A DNA stretch of 32,000 bases from Candidatus Electronema aureum (lineage in GTDB: Bacteria; Desulfobacterota; Desulfobulbia; Desulfobulbales; Desulfobulbaceae): positions 1-32,000 of the forward strand of contig NQJD01000007.1 in assembly GCA_004284765.1 (NCBI GenBank), read 5' to 3'. Below, piece after piece: positions 21,089 through 31,756 of this stretch. The notes under the pieces are model-generated. The model saw only the letters and a list, made by a program, of their open reading frames with translations. It was not told the origin of the DNA and made no database searches. The translations under genes were made by a program, and so were the position numbers. The stretch's first letter is position 1. Each line of letters starts with the position of its first letter.

Positions 21089-22078
21089 ATGGCCATCACC
21101 CTCAGGCAGTTTGAAATCTTCATCGCAGTGGCGGAAACCACCCAAGTGACTAAGGCCAGCAAGATGATGTTCTTAACGCAGTCGGCGGTCAGTATGGCTT
21201 TGGCAGAGTTGGAGCATCAACTCGGTGGTCCGCTCTTTGATCGGCATGGCCGTAGCTTGCTTCTCAACGACCGAGGTCGCTATCTGCTGCCCATTGCCAA
21301 AAAGCTCATCTTTCAAGTGCGGAATGTTGAGTCTATGCTGACGGAGAACAAGGCTTCGTTGGCTGGCTCGTTAGAGATCATCGCCAGCTCTTCCATCGGT
21401 AATTACGTGTTGCCGTATCCGGTGGGATTGTTCATGCGGATGCACCCGGATGTACGGATCAACATGCTGGTGGCCAATACTCGGCAGGCCGAACGCTTGG
21501 TAGCGCAGGGAGTGATTGATCTGGGCTTTGTCGAAGGTGGGATAGCTGATGAAGCGGTGCGGCGAACGCCTTGGTTTGAGGATGAGCTACGGATCATTGT
21601 CAGTGCCTCGCATCCCTTAGCAACGCAAGAGGTGTTCCGTATCCCTGATGATTTGGAAAAAACTGCTTGGGTGTTACGTGAGGAAGGCTCTGGTACAGCG
21701 GAGATATTTAAGACCAGACTTGGTAATCATGCGGCACTGCTGAATGTTGTTACCCGAATGGGACACACCGAAGCGATCAAAAAGGCGGTAGAGGCGGGCG
21801 TGGGCGCGTCTTGTTTGTCTGAACTCACCATCTGTCGAGAGACCGAGTATGGATGGTTGAAAAGTTTAGCTATCGAGGGAATCAGCACCCGGCGACAGTT
21901 GTCAATCATTCAGCATCAGGACAAGATGACCACCCGCCTGATGGAGGAGTTTCTCCGCTTCTGTGGCATCATGACCGAATGCGGCCTCAGCCGGGAATAT
22001 CTCTCTTCTCCGCGTAGGTTAGACGAACTGCTCCGTTATGCCGCTGGTGCAGCAGCAGACAGTCGCCAAGCTCCCTGA
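21089..22078 (+). CDS. LysR-family transcriptional regulator
   Basis: MAITLRQFEIFIAVAETTQVTKASKMMFLTQSAVSMALAELEHQLGGPLFDR is a classic LysR wHTH, followed by a substrate-binding domain. AGGAGCG upstream of ATG 21089; the track start at 20948 is unlikely. Divergent from the Ni/Co transporter. Confidence 0.9.
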   Translation: MAITLRQFEIFIAVAETTQVTKASKMMFLTQSAVSMALAELEHQLGGPLFDRHGRSLLLNDRGRYLLPIAKKLIFQVRNVESMLTENKASLAGSLEIIASSSIGNYVLPYPVGLFMRMHPDVRINMLVANTRQAERLVAQGVIDLGFVEGGIADEAVRRTPWFEDELRIIVSASHPLATQEVFRIPDDLEKTAWVLREEGSGTAEIFKTRLGNHAALLNVVTRMGHTEAIKKAVEAGVGASCLSELTICRETEYGWLKSLAIEGISTRRQLSIIQHQDKMTTRLMEEFLRFCGIMTECGLSREYLSSPRRLDELLRYAAGAAADSRQAP

Positions 22079-22082
22079 TTTC

Positions 22083-24383
22083 TCAAAGCGCAGCAGCTAT
22101 GGCTCGGCGCAGCTCTTGGAGATTGAAGGGCTTTGCTACTGCTGCCCGGAAGCCGTAATCTCGGTACTCAGCCAGCACTGGGTCGTTGGAATAGCCACTG
22201 GCAACAATCAGTCGGGCCGCTGGATCAATCAGCAAAAGCTGCTGGGCTGCTTCCTTGCCGCCCATGCCGCCGGGAATCGTCAAGTCCATGATCACGAAAT
22301 CAACCGGATTGCCGCTCTCTAACAGCTGCTGGTAGGTGCTAACTGCTTCCGCTCCATCTGAAACCAAAATCGCCTCATGGCCGAGGGCGCGGAGCTGGGC
22401 CTGTACCAAGTTGCGCAGCATCCGGTCATCGTCCATCACCATGATTCGAGATGGTTTCTGCGCGATATTTTCCTGTTTCGCCTGTGCTGTTATTGCATCA
22501 GCAGAGGGTGCGGCAGCAGGCAGATAGATCGAAAAAAGAGTCCCTTGGCCCACCTCAGACTGCACAATGATATGGCCGTCATGTTTCTTAATCACCGCAT
22601 GACAAATGGCTAAACCAAGGCCGTTTCCTTCTGGTTTGGTGGTGAAATAAGGATCAAAGATTTTATCCATGATCTCTGGGGGAATACCGCTTCCGTTGTC
22701 CTGAATAGTGATGCGAACAAAGCTGCCTTTGCATAACTCAGGCGGCAGCAGCGGTTCTGTTGCCGCATTCTCTACATTGCTACAGACGATACGAATCTTG
22801 CCGCCTACCGGCATGGCCTCACGGGCATTGAGGATGATGTTCTGGATTACTTGACTGATTTGGCCGCTGTCTGCATTGATCAGCCAAAGCCCCTCAGCAA
22901 AAGTGTATTCGCAGGAGACATGAGAGCCGTGCAGGACAAAATCAGCCGACTCACGGACTAAGTCGATCAGCGAGGTGGTTTCCTTCATTGGCTCTCCCCC
23001 CTTGGCAAAAATCAGCAGCTGCTGGGTTAATTTTGCCGCTCGTTCAGTGGCTTTCTGGGCATCGGTGAGCAGACCAATGGTCTGGGTATCCTCAGTGCTA
23101 ACGCGGGTGGCGGCTAACTCAACATTGCCCATGATAGCGAAGAGAATATTGTTGAAGTCATGAGCAATGCCTGCGGCCAGCAAACTGAGCGACTCCAATT
23201 TCTTGATTTTGATCAACTCCTCGGTCATCTTCCGCTCGTTGGTCACATCACGAAAAACAATCACTGTGCCGATGATTTTGCCCTCTCGGTCGCGGATCGG
23301 TGCGCAGCTATCAGCAATGCTCAGACTGCTGCCGTCTTTGCGGACTAAGGCGGTGTTATTCTCCAACATCACCAGCGCGCCCAGTTCCAGCACTTGGCAT
23401 ACCGGGTTAGCGCACGTTTCTCCAGTCTTCTCGTGAATGATTTTGAATACCTCTGCTGAGGGCCTACCAGCAGCGGAGGCGACAGACCAGCCAGTCAGCT
23501 GCTCGGCGATCTGATTGAGATAGCTGATCTTACCAGTTACATCAGTGGCGATTACCCCATCGCCGATGGAATGCAGGGTGACGATCAGTCGCTCGCGTTC
23601 TTCCTCTGCCTGCCGTTCTGCCTTTTTCAGATCGGTAATGTTCCGGCAGATACCGATCAGACCGAGCGGATTACCGTCCGGGCCGATGTAGGGAGTCTTG
23701 AGCACATCAAACAAAACGGTTTTGCCGTCTGAGCAAAGGATGGTTTCCTCTCTGCGCTCCGCTGTACACGAGGCCAGCATTTCCTGATCCCGACTGCGAA
23801 AATGGGCAGCAATGTCCGGCGGCAACACTGCCTCATCTGTTTTACTGAGTATCTCGCCTTCCTTTTTGCCTGCAAATTCTTCAAAAGCTCGGTTGCAACC
23901 CAGATAACGGTTGGCCAAATCTTTGAAATAAATCGGGTCAGGGATAGAGTCGAGGAGTGCTTCCAGCATAGTTTTTTGATGCCGGAGCTTTTCTTGCGTA
24001 TGCTTCAGACTCAGATGCGTGCTGATCCGAGCTAACACCTCGTCCTGCTGAAAAGGCTTGGTGATGTAATCCACACCACCCGCTGCAAAACCAGCTATTT
24101 TGTCTTCCACACTGTGTAGAGCAGTCATGAAAATAATCGGAATATCGGCTAACTCTCGATATTCTTTGATCCGGCGACAGGTCTCGAAACCGTCCATATC
24201 CGGCATCAACACATCCAACAAAATGACATCGGGTTGAATATACCTCAGCATCTCCAGCGTCTGGCCGCCACTCTGGAGAATGCGAAGTTCAAAATCCTGC
24301 TCCTGAAGAAAGGAGAGCAGCACTTTTAGCGTGGCTGGCTGGTCATCCACAATCAGGATGAGGTCTTTTTTGCGCTCGCTCAT
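22083..24383 (-). CDS. hybrid two-component protein: REC - PAS x2-3 - HisKA/HATPase - REC
   Basis: N-terminal receiver (LIVDDQ...DVILLDVLMPDMDG...K). PAS regions. H-box AAGIAHDFNNIL. N/G boxes ILNAREAM, DNGSGI, GNGLGL. C-terminal receiver (IMVMDDD...VIMDLTIPGGMGG). Its start overlaps the upstream kinase stop by 4 nt. Confidence 0.9.
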   Translation of the reverse strand: MSERKKDLILIVDDQPATLKVLLSFLQEQDFELRILQSGGQTLEMLRYIQPDVILLDVLMPDMDGFETCRRIKEYRELADIPIIFMTALHSVEDKIAGFAAGGVDYITKPFQQDEVLARISTHLSLKHTQEKLRHQKTMLEALLDSIPDPIYFKDLANRYLGCNRAFEEFAGKKEGEILSKTDEAVLPPDIAAHFRSRDQEMLASCTAERREETILCSDGKTVLFDVLKTPYIGPDGNPLGLIGICRNITDLKKAERQAEEERERLIVTLHSIGDGVIATDVTGKISYLNQIAEQLTGWSVASAAGRPSAEVFKIIHEKTGETCANPVCQVLELGALVMLENNTALVRKDGSSLSIADSCAPIRDREGKIIGTVIVFRDVTNERKMTEELIKIKKLESLSLLAAGIAHDFNNILFAIMGNVELAATRVSTEDTQTIGLLTDAQKATERAAKLTQQLLIFAKGGEPMKETTSLIDLVRESADFVLHGSHVSCEYTFAEGLWLINADSGQISQVIQNIILNAREAMPVGGKIRIVCSNVENAATEPLLPPELCKGSFVRITIQDNGSGIPPEIMDKIFDPYFTTKPEGNGLGLAICHAVIKKHDGHIIVQSEVGQGTLFSIYLPAAAPSADAITAQAKQENIAQKPSRIMVMDDDRMLRNLVQAQLRALGHEAILVSDGAEAVSTYQQLLESGNPVDFVIMDLTIPGGMGGKEAAQQLLLIDPAARLIVASGYSNDPVLAEYRDYGFRAAVAKPFNLQELRRAIAAAL

Positions 24384-27300
24384 GGCGTTGTGCGGGTCGA
24401 GTGTTGATCGGCCAGAGTGACGATCTGGTTCAGCTGGTAATTGTCTGCAAGCTCCTCAATCCGTGCGGCAAATTGCTTATATCTGCCTGCATCTACCTCA
24501 GCCAGCCAAGCAGCTTTCTTCGTCACGCCAGCAATATTGCCTGTGCGGGCTAACGTTACCAGCTCGGCCAAGTCCTCAGTCGGAGGCCAAGCCCAGTCCG
24601 GGAAGCTGTCAGGGTCTGCCTCTTCCGGCCATGTCATGGGGATAAACAGCTGAGACGCAATCACTGCCAGCAGATCAATGGAAGAAAAGGGTCGGATGAT
24701 GCAAGCGGCGAAACTTTCCTTTTGCTGACCCAGCTCCGCGTCTTCTGGAGCGGCCACTGCGATCACTGGGATGTCTTTCAACTCAGGATGCTCGCGCAGC
24801 TGCTTGGTCAGCGGAATATCGTCGAGTTCCGGCTGGCGGAAATCGAGCAGCACCGCGTCAGGCCGGAAGCGAGCGCAGGCTTCGGCCAAGCAGGTACTGT
24901 CAGCCAGCTCGTGAATCTGAAAGCCCGCATCTTCCAAGATGTTGCGTAACACGGCCCGATGCGCCGCTTTGTCATCCGCGATCAGGATACTTTTACGGCC
25001 ACAAAGTGCGGCAGGGATTTCCACGGTTCCTTGGTTACACAGCACGCGCACTTCGATGCTGAAAAAGAAACGACTGCCCGGCCCTTCACCTGGTCGAGGA
25101 TGAATGTTGAGCGGACTGACCACGTGCAACTCACCGCCCATCAGTTGGACCAAGGTGCGACTGATTGCCAAGCCGAGGCCAGAGCCTTCGGCGTATTTGA
25201 GCCTCTCGTCATTCTGCCGGAAGGGTTCGAAAATCTTTCGTTGCAGGTCTGGGGTAACGCCTATCCCGGTGTCTTCTACGCTTACTGTCAGCAACATCCG
25301 GTCTCTGGTAGCGGTCTTTTCTGCGTGAACAGATAAAGTACAGCAACCCTGCCGAGTAAATTTGACTGCATTAGAGAGCAAGTTGAGCAGCACTTGGCGC
25401 AAACGCAGCTCGTCTGCCTCAATCACCGCAGGTAAGGTTTTATCCGGCTCGTAGAACAGCTCAATATTTTTCAACTGCGCCCGACCTCGGATAATCTCGG
25501 CGATGCCATTCAAGAAAGGTGGCAAACGGAATTCTCGCGTCACTAATTCCATCTTGCCTGCCTCAATCTTAGACAGATCAAGGATATCGTTGATCAGCAT
25601 CAGCAGATGCTCGCCCGACTTGTGGATAGTGCGAATACTGTTCAGTTGCCGAGAAGTGAGCGAGGTATCGCTGGCAAGAATCTGAGTATAGCCCAATACG
25701 GCGTTGAGCGGAGTGCGCAGCTCGTGGCTCATATTGGCGAGAAAAACCGATTTGGCATGATTGGCTGACTCGGCTATCTCCTTGGCCGTGAGCAATTGCT
25801 GCTCTGCCAACTTACGGGCATTGATGTCTTGCATGATCCCAGCGGCCCGCAGTGGCCTACCTTGAGCATCTCGCCGCGAAACCCGGCCTGCACCCAGCGT
25901 CCATATCCACTGACCGAATTTGTGCCGCAGGCACTGCTCGGCGATGAACACTGGTGTCTTCCCCTCAAGATGCTCGGTCATCTTTTGCATGATCTGCTCT
26001 TTCTCTCGCGGATGCAGGGCATTCTCCCACGTTGAAAGATGAGGCTCGATCTCATCTAACTGATAGCCGAGAATTTCTGGCCAGCGTTCATTGAAGACCA
26101 CTTCGCCGGTTTCAATATTCCAATCCCACGTACCGAGATTCGCACCTTTGACCGCTAATTCCAAACGCTCATTGCTTTCCCGTAGAGCCTCTTCCGCCTT
26201 CCTGCGATCAGTTATATCATGAATAATCGAGTAGAGCAATGTCCTGCCGCCGCTGCGCAAAGGACTGGAATAGACTTCCACGTCCCGCACCTCACCTGAG
26301 GCTACTTGGTGATGGAAATTAAAATACATTTGCTTCCGTTCGACCGCTTGCACCATCGCTGCTCGCACGTCAGGGGCCGGAAGCTGGTTGATCTCAGTAA
26401 TGCTCATAGAAACCAAGGTTTCTTGATCATAGCCGTAATAGCGGCAGGCAGCTTCGTTAGCCTCGACAATTTTGCCATCTACTGGATCAACGATCAGCTT
26501 GACTGCCGTATTCGTTTCAAAAGTTTGCCGATACCGCCGCTCGCTTTCCCGCAGCAATTCCCCTTGGAGCTTGAACGCCGTGATGTCATGTGCGCTGAGA
26601 ACAAGGCCGCTGATTCTGCCGTCCGCATCGACAAAAGGATAATACGACATATTCAGATAACGCCGCCCTAAGGGAGGGAAATCGAACCAACCCTGATAAT
26701 GAATTTCTTCACCTGCCAAGCAGCGTTCAAATGTTGCCTTGATCTCCTGCCGCTCAAAGTCCGGGCCGTGCAATTCAGTTGCCGTGGTACCGACAATCTT
26801 TTCTGCTGGTTTGCGAAAACTTTTGCAGTAAGCGGCGTTCACGGCCTGATAGACCAAATTGCGGTCAAGAAAGGCCATCAAATCGTCGGTGGCAGAAATA
26901 ATCTGCTCATAACGGCGCAGCAGTTCGCCGGTCTTTTTGCGTTCAGTGATATCCTCTTTGGTGGCGACAAACTTGCTGATCTCTGAGTCGGAAGCAAAAA
27001 CCGGGGCGATAACCATCGCCTCCCAAGAGAGCGAGCCGTCTTTAGCCCGGTTTAACAGCTCGCCTTTCCAGACCTTACCCTGTGAGATGCTTTGCCACAT
27101 TTCTCGGTAGATTTCTGGTGCGGTCTGACCGGACTGAAAAATGCTGGTTTTCTCGCCTATTAACTCGGTAGCCGTGTAGCCGGTCAGGAGTTCCGCTGCT
27201 GAATTGACGTACTCAATCCGGCCTTGCGTATCAGTGATCACAACAGCGGAAGGACTCTGCTCCACCGCTGCGGAAAGGATTTTCACCTGCCGATCGTGGT

Positions 27301-28018
27301 GGCGGATAATTCCGGCCATGCGATTGAACGTTTGGGCTACGTTGGAAAAATCAGCAGTTTTGCATTTTTCCTCCAACGGCTGCCACGACTCGCTGTCTAA
27401 AGCGTTAAGGCCTGAAATTAGCTCGGCAATTGGATCAGAAACTGCATAGCGGACAAAAAGATTAGTAATAGGGATGAAAAGCGCGAAAGCCAGCAGGAAA
27501 AATCCCAGCATGGCCGCGCAAAGCAGGCCGCTTTCATTGAAGTCAGGCCGTTCCACCGCAAGCAAAAGAGCAACTTGACTGCCATCCGCTAACGGCAGCC
27601 GGGCCGCAGAGACCATCATATGGTCAGAATGGGGAATTTCTTGGCCCTGCCAAGGAGTAGCTGAGTTGAGCAGCGGGAGAGAATTCGGAAGCACAGCAGC
27701 GCAAGGCGACCTGCCGTCAGTGCTTATGGTACGGGAAGGGGCAAGAAAATGGATATGCAAGCCACTTTGTAGAGCAGCTGAGTTGAGCAGCTCTTGGGTA
27801 ACTTCTTCTGCCGTGTGTACTTGTTTTAGGGTCTGCTCCAAAACCAAAAAGCCCTGTCGGAGCTGTTGCCTAAGCTGTTCTTCCTGCTGCCGTCTATCCA
27901 TCAGCATGAAAATGCTGTGCAAAAGAATCAGCACTACAGCCATAGTGCAGGCTCCGAAAAAAACAATTTGATCACGCAGTTTCAAATAACTGCAAGGATC
28001 CAAAAACAGATTACGCAT
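24380..28018 (-). CDS. large hybrid sensor histidine kinase: 2 TM + periplasmic loop - HAMP - about 5 PAS - HisKA - HATPase - REC - uncharacterised C-terminal domain
   Basis: TM segments FFGACTMAVVLILLHSIFMLM and AAMLGFFLLAFALFIPITNLF. H-box MSHELRTPLNAVLGY. LLSNAVKFT, DTGIG, GSGLGLAIS. Receiver ILIADDK...VLLDF. ATG 28018 (MRNLF) is preferred because a good promoter lies inside the 28019-28087 extension. Confidence 0.9.
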   Translation of the reverse strand: MRNLFLDPCSYLKLRDQIVFFGACTMAVVLILLHSIFMLMDRRQQEEQLRQQLRQGFLVLEQTLKQVHTAEEVTQELLNSAALQSGLHIHFLAPSRTISTDGRSPCAAVLPNSLPLLNSATPWQGQEIPHSDHMMVSAARLPLADGSQVALLLAVERPDFNESGLLCAAMLGFFLLAFALFIPITNLFVRYAVSDPIAELISGLNALDSESWQPLEEKCKTADFSNVAQTFNRMAGIIRHHDRQVKILSAAVEQSPSAVVITDTQGRIEYVNSAAELLTGYTATELIGEKTSIFQSGQTAPEIYREMWQSISQGKVWKGELLNRAKDGSLSWEAMVIAPVFASDSEISKFVATKEDITERKKTGELLRRYEQIISATDDLMAFLDRNLVYQAVNAAYCKSFRKPAEKIVGTTATELHGPDFERQEIKATFERCLAGEEIHYQGWFDFPPLGRRYLNMSYYPFVDADGRISGLVLSAHDITAFKLQGELLRESERRYRQTFETNTAVKLIVDPVDGKIVEANEAACRYYGYDQETLVSMSITEINQLPAPDVRAAMVQAVERKQMYFNFHHQVASGEVRDVEVYSSPLRSGGRTLLYSIIHDITDRRKAEEALRESNERLELAVKGANLGTWDWNIETGEVVFNERWPEILGYQLDEIEPHLSTWENALHPREKEQIMQKMTEHLEGKTPVFIAEQCLRHKFGQWIWTLGAGRVSRRDAQGRPLRAAGIMQDINARKLAEQQLLTAKEIAESANHAKSVFLANMSHELRTPLNAVLGYTQILASDTSLTSRQLNSIRTIHKSGEHLLMLINDILDLSKIEAGKMELVTREFRLPPFLNGIAEIIRGRAQLKNIELFYEPDKTLPAVIEADELRLRQVLLNLLSNAVKFTRQGCCTLSVHAEKTATRDRMLLTVSVEDTGIGVTPDLQRKIFEPFRQNDERLKYAEGSGLGLAISRTLVQLMGGELHVVSPLNIHPRPGEGPGSRFFFSIEVRVLCNQGTVEIPAALCGRKSILIADDKAAHRAVLRNILEDAGFQIHELADSTCLAEACARFRPDAVLLDFRQPELDDIPLTKQLREHPELKDIPVIAVAAPEDAELGQQKESFAACIIRPFSSIDLLAVIASQLFIPMTWPEEADPDSFPDWAWPPTEDLAELVTLARTGNIAGVTKKAAWLAEVDAGRYKQFAARIEELADNYQLNQIVTLADQHSTRTTP

Positions 28019-28057
28019 TCCTGATGGTTCTCCGGGAGAAAAAGTATAATTTTTTGA

Positions 28058-28087
28058 ATTATAACCGGAGAAGCAAAAGGAAGTCAA
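28058..28087 (-). promoter_or_regulatory. sigma70 promoter of the kinase operon
   Basis: Minus strand reads TTGACT (28087-28082), 18-nt spacer, TATAAT (28063-28058), with an A-rich tract immediately upstream of the -35. Confidence 0.6.
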
Positions 28088-28154
28088 ATTTTTTGAATTA
28101 CGATAACGAGAATAAGTGCTTTTGTAATGATAGATTTAGAATGAGCTGAAGGAG

Positions 28155-29324
28155 TTACACCAATTCTGCCATCGCTGTATTCGCTAACAGTAATCCCTGC
28201 TCAGTCAAACGCAGCTGCCTGTCAACAATAATTTCCAGCATTCCATGTTGGATAAGTTGTACCAAAGTTGTGCCATAATATATCTCAGCATCAATCCCAA
28301 AACGGCGGCGTAGTTCTGGCAACGAAACCCCTGCTGTCATTCGCAGACCCATAATCACGGTTTCCCGAAACGCCGCTTCCGGCTCTAAACGTTCCTCGTC
28401 CTGCCAAACCGTTTGCCCGTTCTCCATCAGCTGGCAAAACGCTCCCACATCAGCTACCGCATTGCGCCGGATTCCACCGAGACAAGAAACCGCACCTGGC
28501 CCCAAGCCGATGTACTCGCCATTCTGCCAATAATTGATATTATGATGACACTCAAAGCCGGGAAGTGCATAATTTGATATCTCGTAGCGGCAGAAGCCTG
28601 CGCCACGCAGCATCCGTTGTGTTTCTTCCAGCATTCGCAGTACGGTGTCTTCGTCAGGCAGCGGCAGACCGCCTTGCGCGTGCTGGCGAGCAAAGGGCGT
28701 GTCGTGCTCAATAGTTAGCTCGTATAGGGAAAGATGCTGCGGTGTTAAGGCTAACGTCTGCGCTAAACTGTCCTGCCAAGTTTGCAGCGTCTGACCGGGC
28801 AGGCCGTACATTAAGTCTATGTTGATATTGGTAAAACCAGCCTGACGTGCCAAATGCGCCGTTTGTATCGCATCAGTCGCGGAATGCGGACGACCTATTC
28901 GCCGCAGTTCTCGATCATGCAAGGATTGTACCCCGATGGACAAGCGGTTAAAGCCAGCTTGCCGCAGCATATTCAGACCATAGAAATCAACTGTGGCCGG
29001 ATTGACCTCAATGGAAATTTCCGCGTCTTCAGCGCAGGGGAAGTGCTGGCGGCATTCGGCGAGCAAGCTGCTCAAGGCCGCAGGTGGCAGCATAGTGGGT
29101 GTGCCTCCGCCAAAGAAAATGCTGGTCAGCGGGCGGGTGTAGTATTCGCCCTGATTGGACGGGCGATCACCAGGATCGCCCCTACGGGAAAACTGGCGAA
29201 TTTGCCGGGTGACAGCGGCAAGGTAGCTGCTGTAGTCGTAATAGCCTGCTTCGGAATAAAAGCTGCAATAGGCACACTTCCGCAGGCAGAAGGGTACATG
29301 GAGGTAGATGCCCAAATTATCCAT
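28155..29324 (-). CDS. hemW: radical SAM family haem chaperone HemW (HemN-like, oxygen-independent coproporphyrinogen oxidase family)
   Basis: YLHVPFCLRKCAYCSF (CxxxCxxC), GGGTP, and the HemN C-terminal domain. The ~389-aa size fits HemW rather than HemN. Confidence 0.85.
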   Translation of the reverse strand: MDNLGIYLHVPFCLRKCAYCSFYSEAGYYDYSSYLAAVTRQIRQFSRRGDPGDRPSNQGEYYTRPLTSIFFGGGTPTMLPPAALSSLLAECRQHFPCAEDAEISIEVNPATVDFYGLNMLRQAGFNRLSIGVQSLHDRELRRIGRPHSATDAIQTAHLARQAGFTNINIDLMYGLPGQTLQTWQDSLAQTLALTPQHLSLYELTIEHDTPFARQHAQGGLPLPDEDTVLRMLEETQRMLRGAGFCRYEISNYALPGFECHHNINYWQNGEYIGLGPGAVSCLGGIRRNAVADVGAFCQLMENGQTVWQDEERLEPEAAFRETVIMGLRMTAGVSLPELRRRFGIDAEIYYGTTLVQLIQHGMLEIIVDRQLRLTEQGLLLANTAMAELV

Positions 29325-29511
29325 ATAATTATTTACGATGAAAACAATTGGTTAAGCTAATCTGTTAAAAATTTATTTAACAACTACAGTTTTTGGTAAT
29401 GGCTAATCAACAAGTGATGATCTTAATCGCTATTCTATAGCGATGCGCCCAATGGATTGGACATCTTCTTTAAGATGTTAGACATTAGGTCAGCATCTCT
29501 CTTTATACAGC

Positions 29512-29545
29512 AAAAAGGGGAGACCGCCCTTGGGCAATCTCCCCT
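29512..29545 (-). terminator. intrinsic terminator of amtB-glnK
   Basis: GGGGAGA (29517-29523) pairs with TCTCCCC (29538-29544). On the minus strand it is followed by TTTTTG. Confidence 0.75.
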
Positions 29546-29569
29546 GCTTCAGCCTCTGAACAAAGACGA

Positions 29570-31181
<1,612 letters not shown>

Positions 31182-31276
31182 AACATAGTCCTCCTCTTGA
31201 AAAGATTAAAGTGTTGCCGAAGTATCCGCTGGAAAGAGACCTGTTTTCTATCCCCTTCACTGTTTCCTGTATATTT

Positions 31277-31292
31277 TGCAAAATTCATGCCA
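31277..31292 (-). promoter_or_regulatory. sigma54 (-24/-12) promoter of amtB-glnK
   Basis: Minus strand reads TGGCAT-GAATT-TTGCA, against the consensus TGGCAC-N5-TTGCA. It ends about 96 nt upstream of the amtB ATG, with an AT-rich region upstream. Confidence 0.8.
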
Positions 31293-31500
31293 TCTTTACA
31301 ATGTGTTAATTTTAACTTTTCATATCAAGCAATTATTCCAATTGTGTACGATTCACCACGATACCGTTTGATACGTTTTTGTATTTAACAAATATTTCAT
31401 CTTGCAAAAATGTAACTACCTTACGATAAAAAACGAAACACCAAACCCCTTAATAGGAGGTTCGGCGCAGTTTAAAAAACAAGGTGTAAGTGGCGGCAGA

Positions 31501-31722
31501 TTAAGTCCACCAAATCGACCGTTTAGGCGGGTTGCCGTACTTTTCAAAGACATCGCCCGACTCCTTCAGCACCGCCTCCAGCTCCTCTACAGTGAAGCTG
31601 TAGCCGTCCTCAGCGGCCAGCGCGACAAACTCCTCTTTGGTGGCCGGAACATCGTATTTCGCCTTAATTTTCTTGTCCTTGCCGCCCGCTGTCAGCAATT
31701 TTTCTACGTCTGCTTTTGCCAT
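31501..31722 (-). CDS. Nif11-domain-like small protein (73 aa)
   Basis: Strong GGAGG lies 8 nt upstream of ATG 31722. MAKADVEKLL...KEEFVALAAEDGYSFTVEELEAVL resembles the Nif11 / Nif11-type leader fold (...eevvalAkeaGfeft.eEL). The C-terminal tail is KESGDVFEKYGNPPKRSIWWT. Confidence 0.55.
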   Translation of the reverse strand: MAKADVEKLLTAGGKDKKIKAKYDVPATKEEFVALAAEDGYSFTVEELEAVLKESGDVFEKYGNPPKRSIWWT

Positions 31723-31756
31723 GCTCTGGCCTCCTCTAAAGACTGTTATTTTTGAA

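Noticed and set aside
22076-22085. Convergent LysR and hybrid-kinase genes whose stop codons are only 4 nt apart, with no terminator
   Set aside because: The observation is real but common in compact genomes. Nothing in the sequence suggests a special function beyond possible transcriptional interference.
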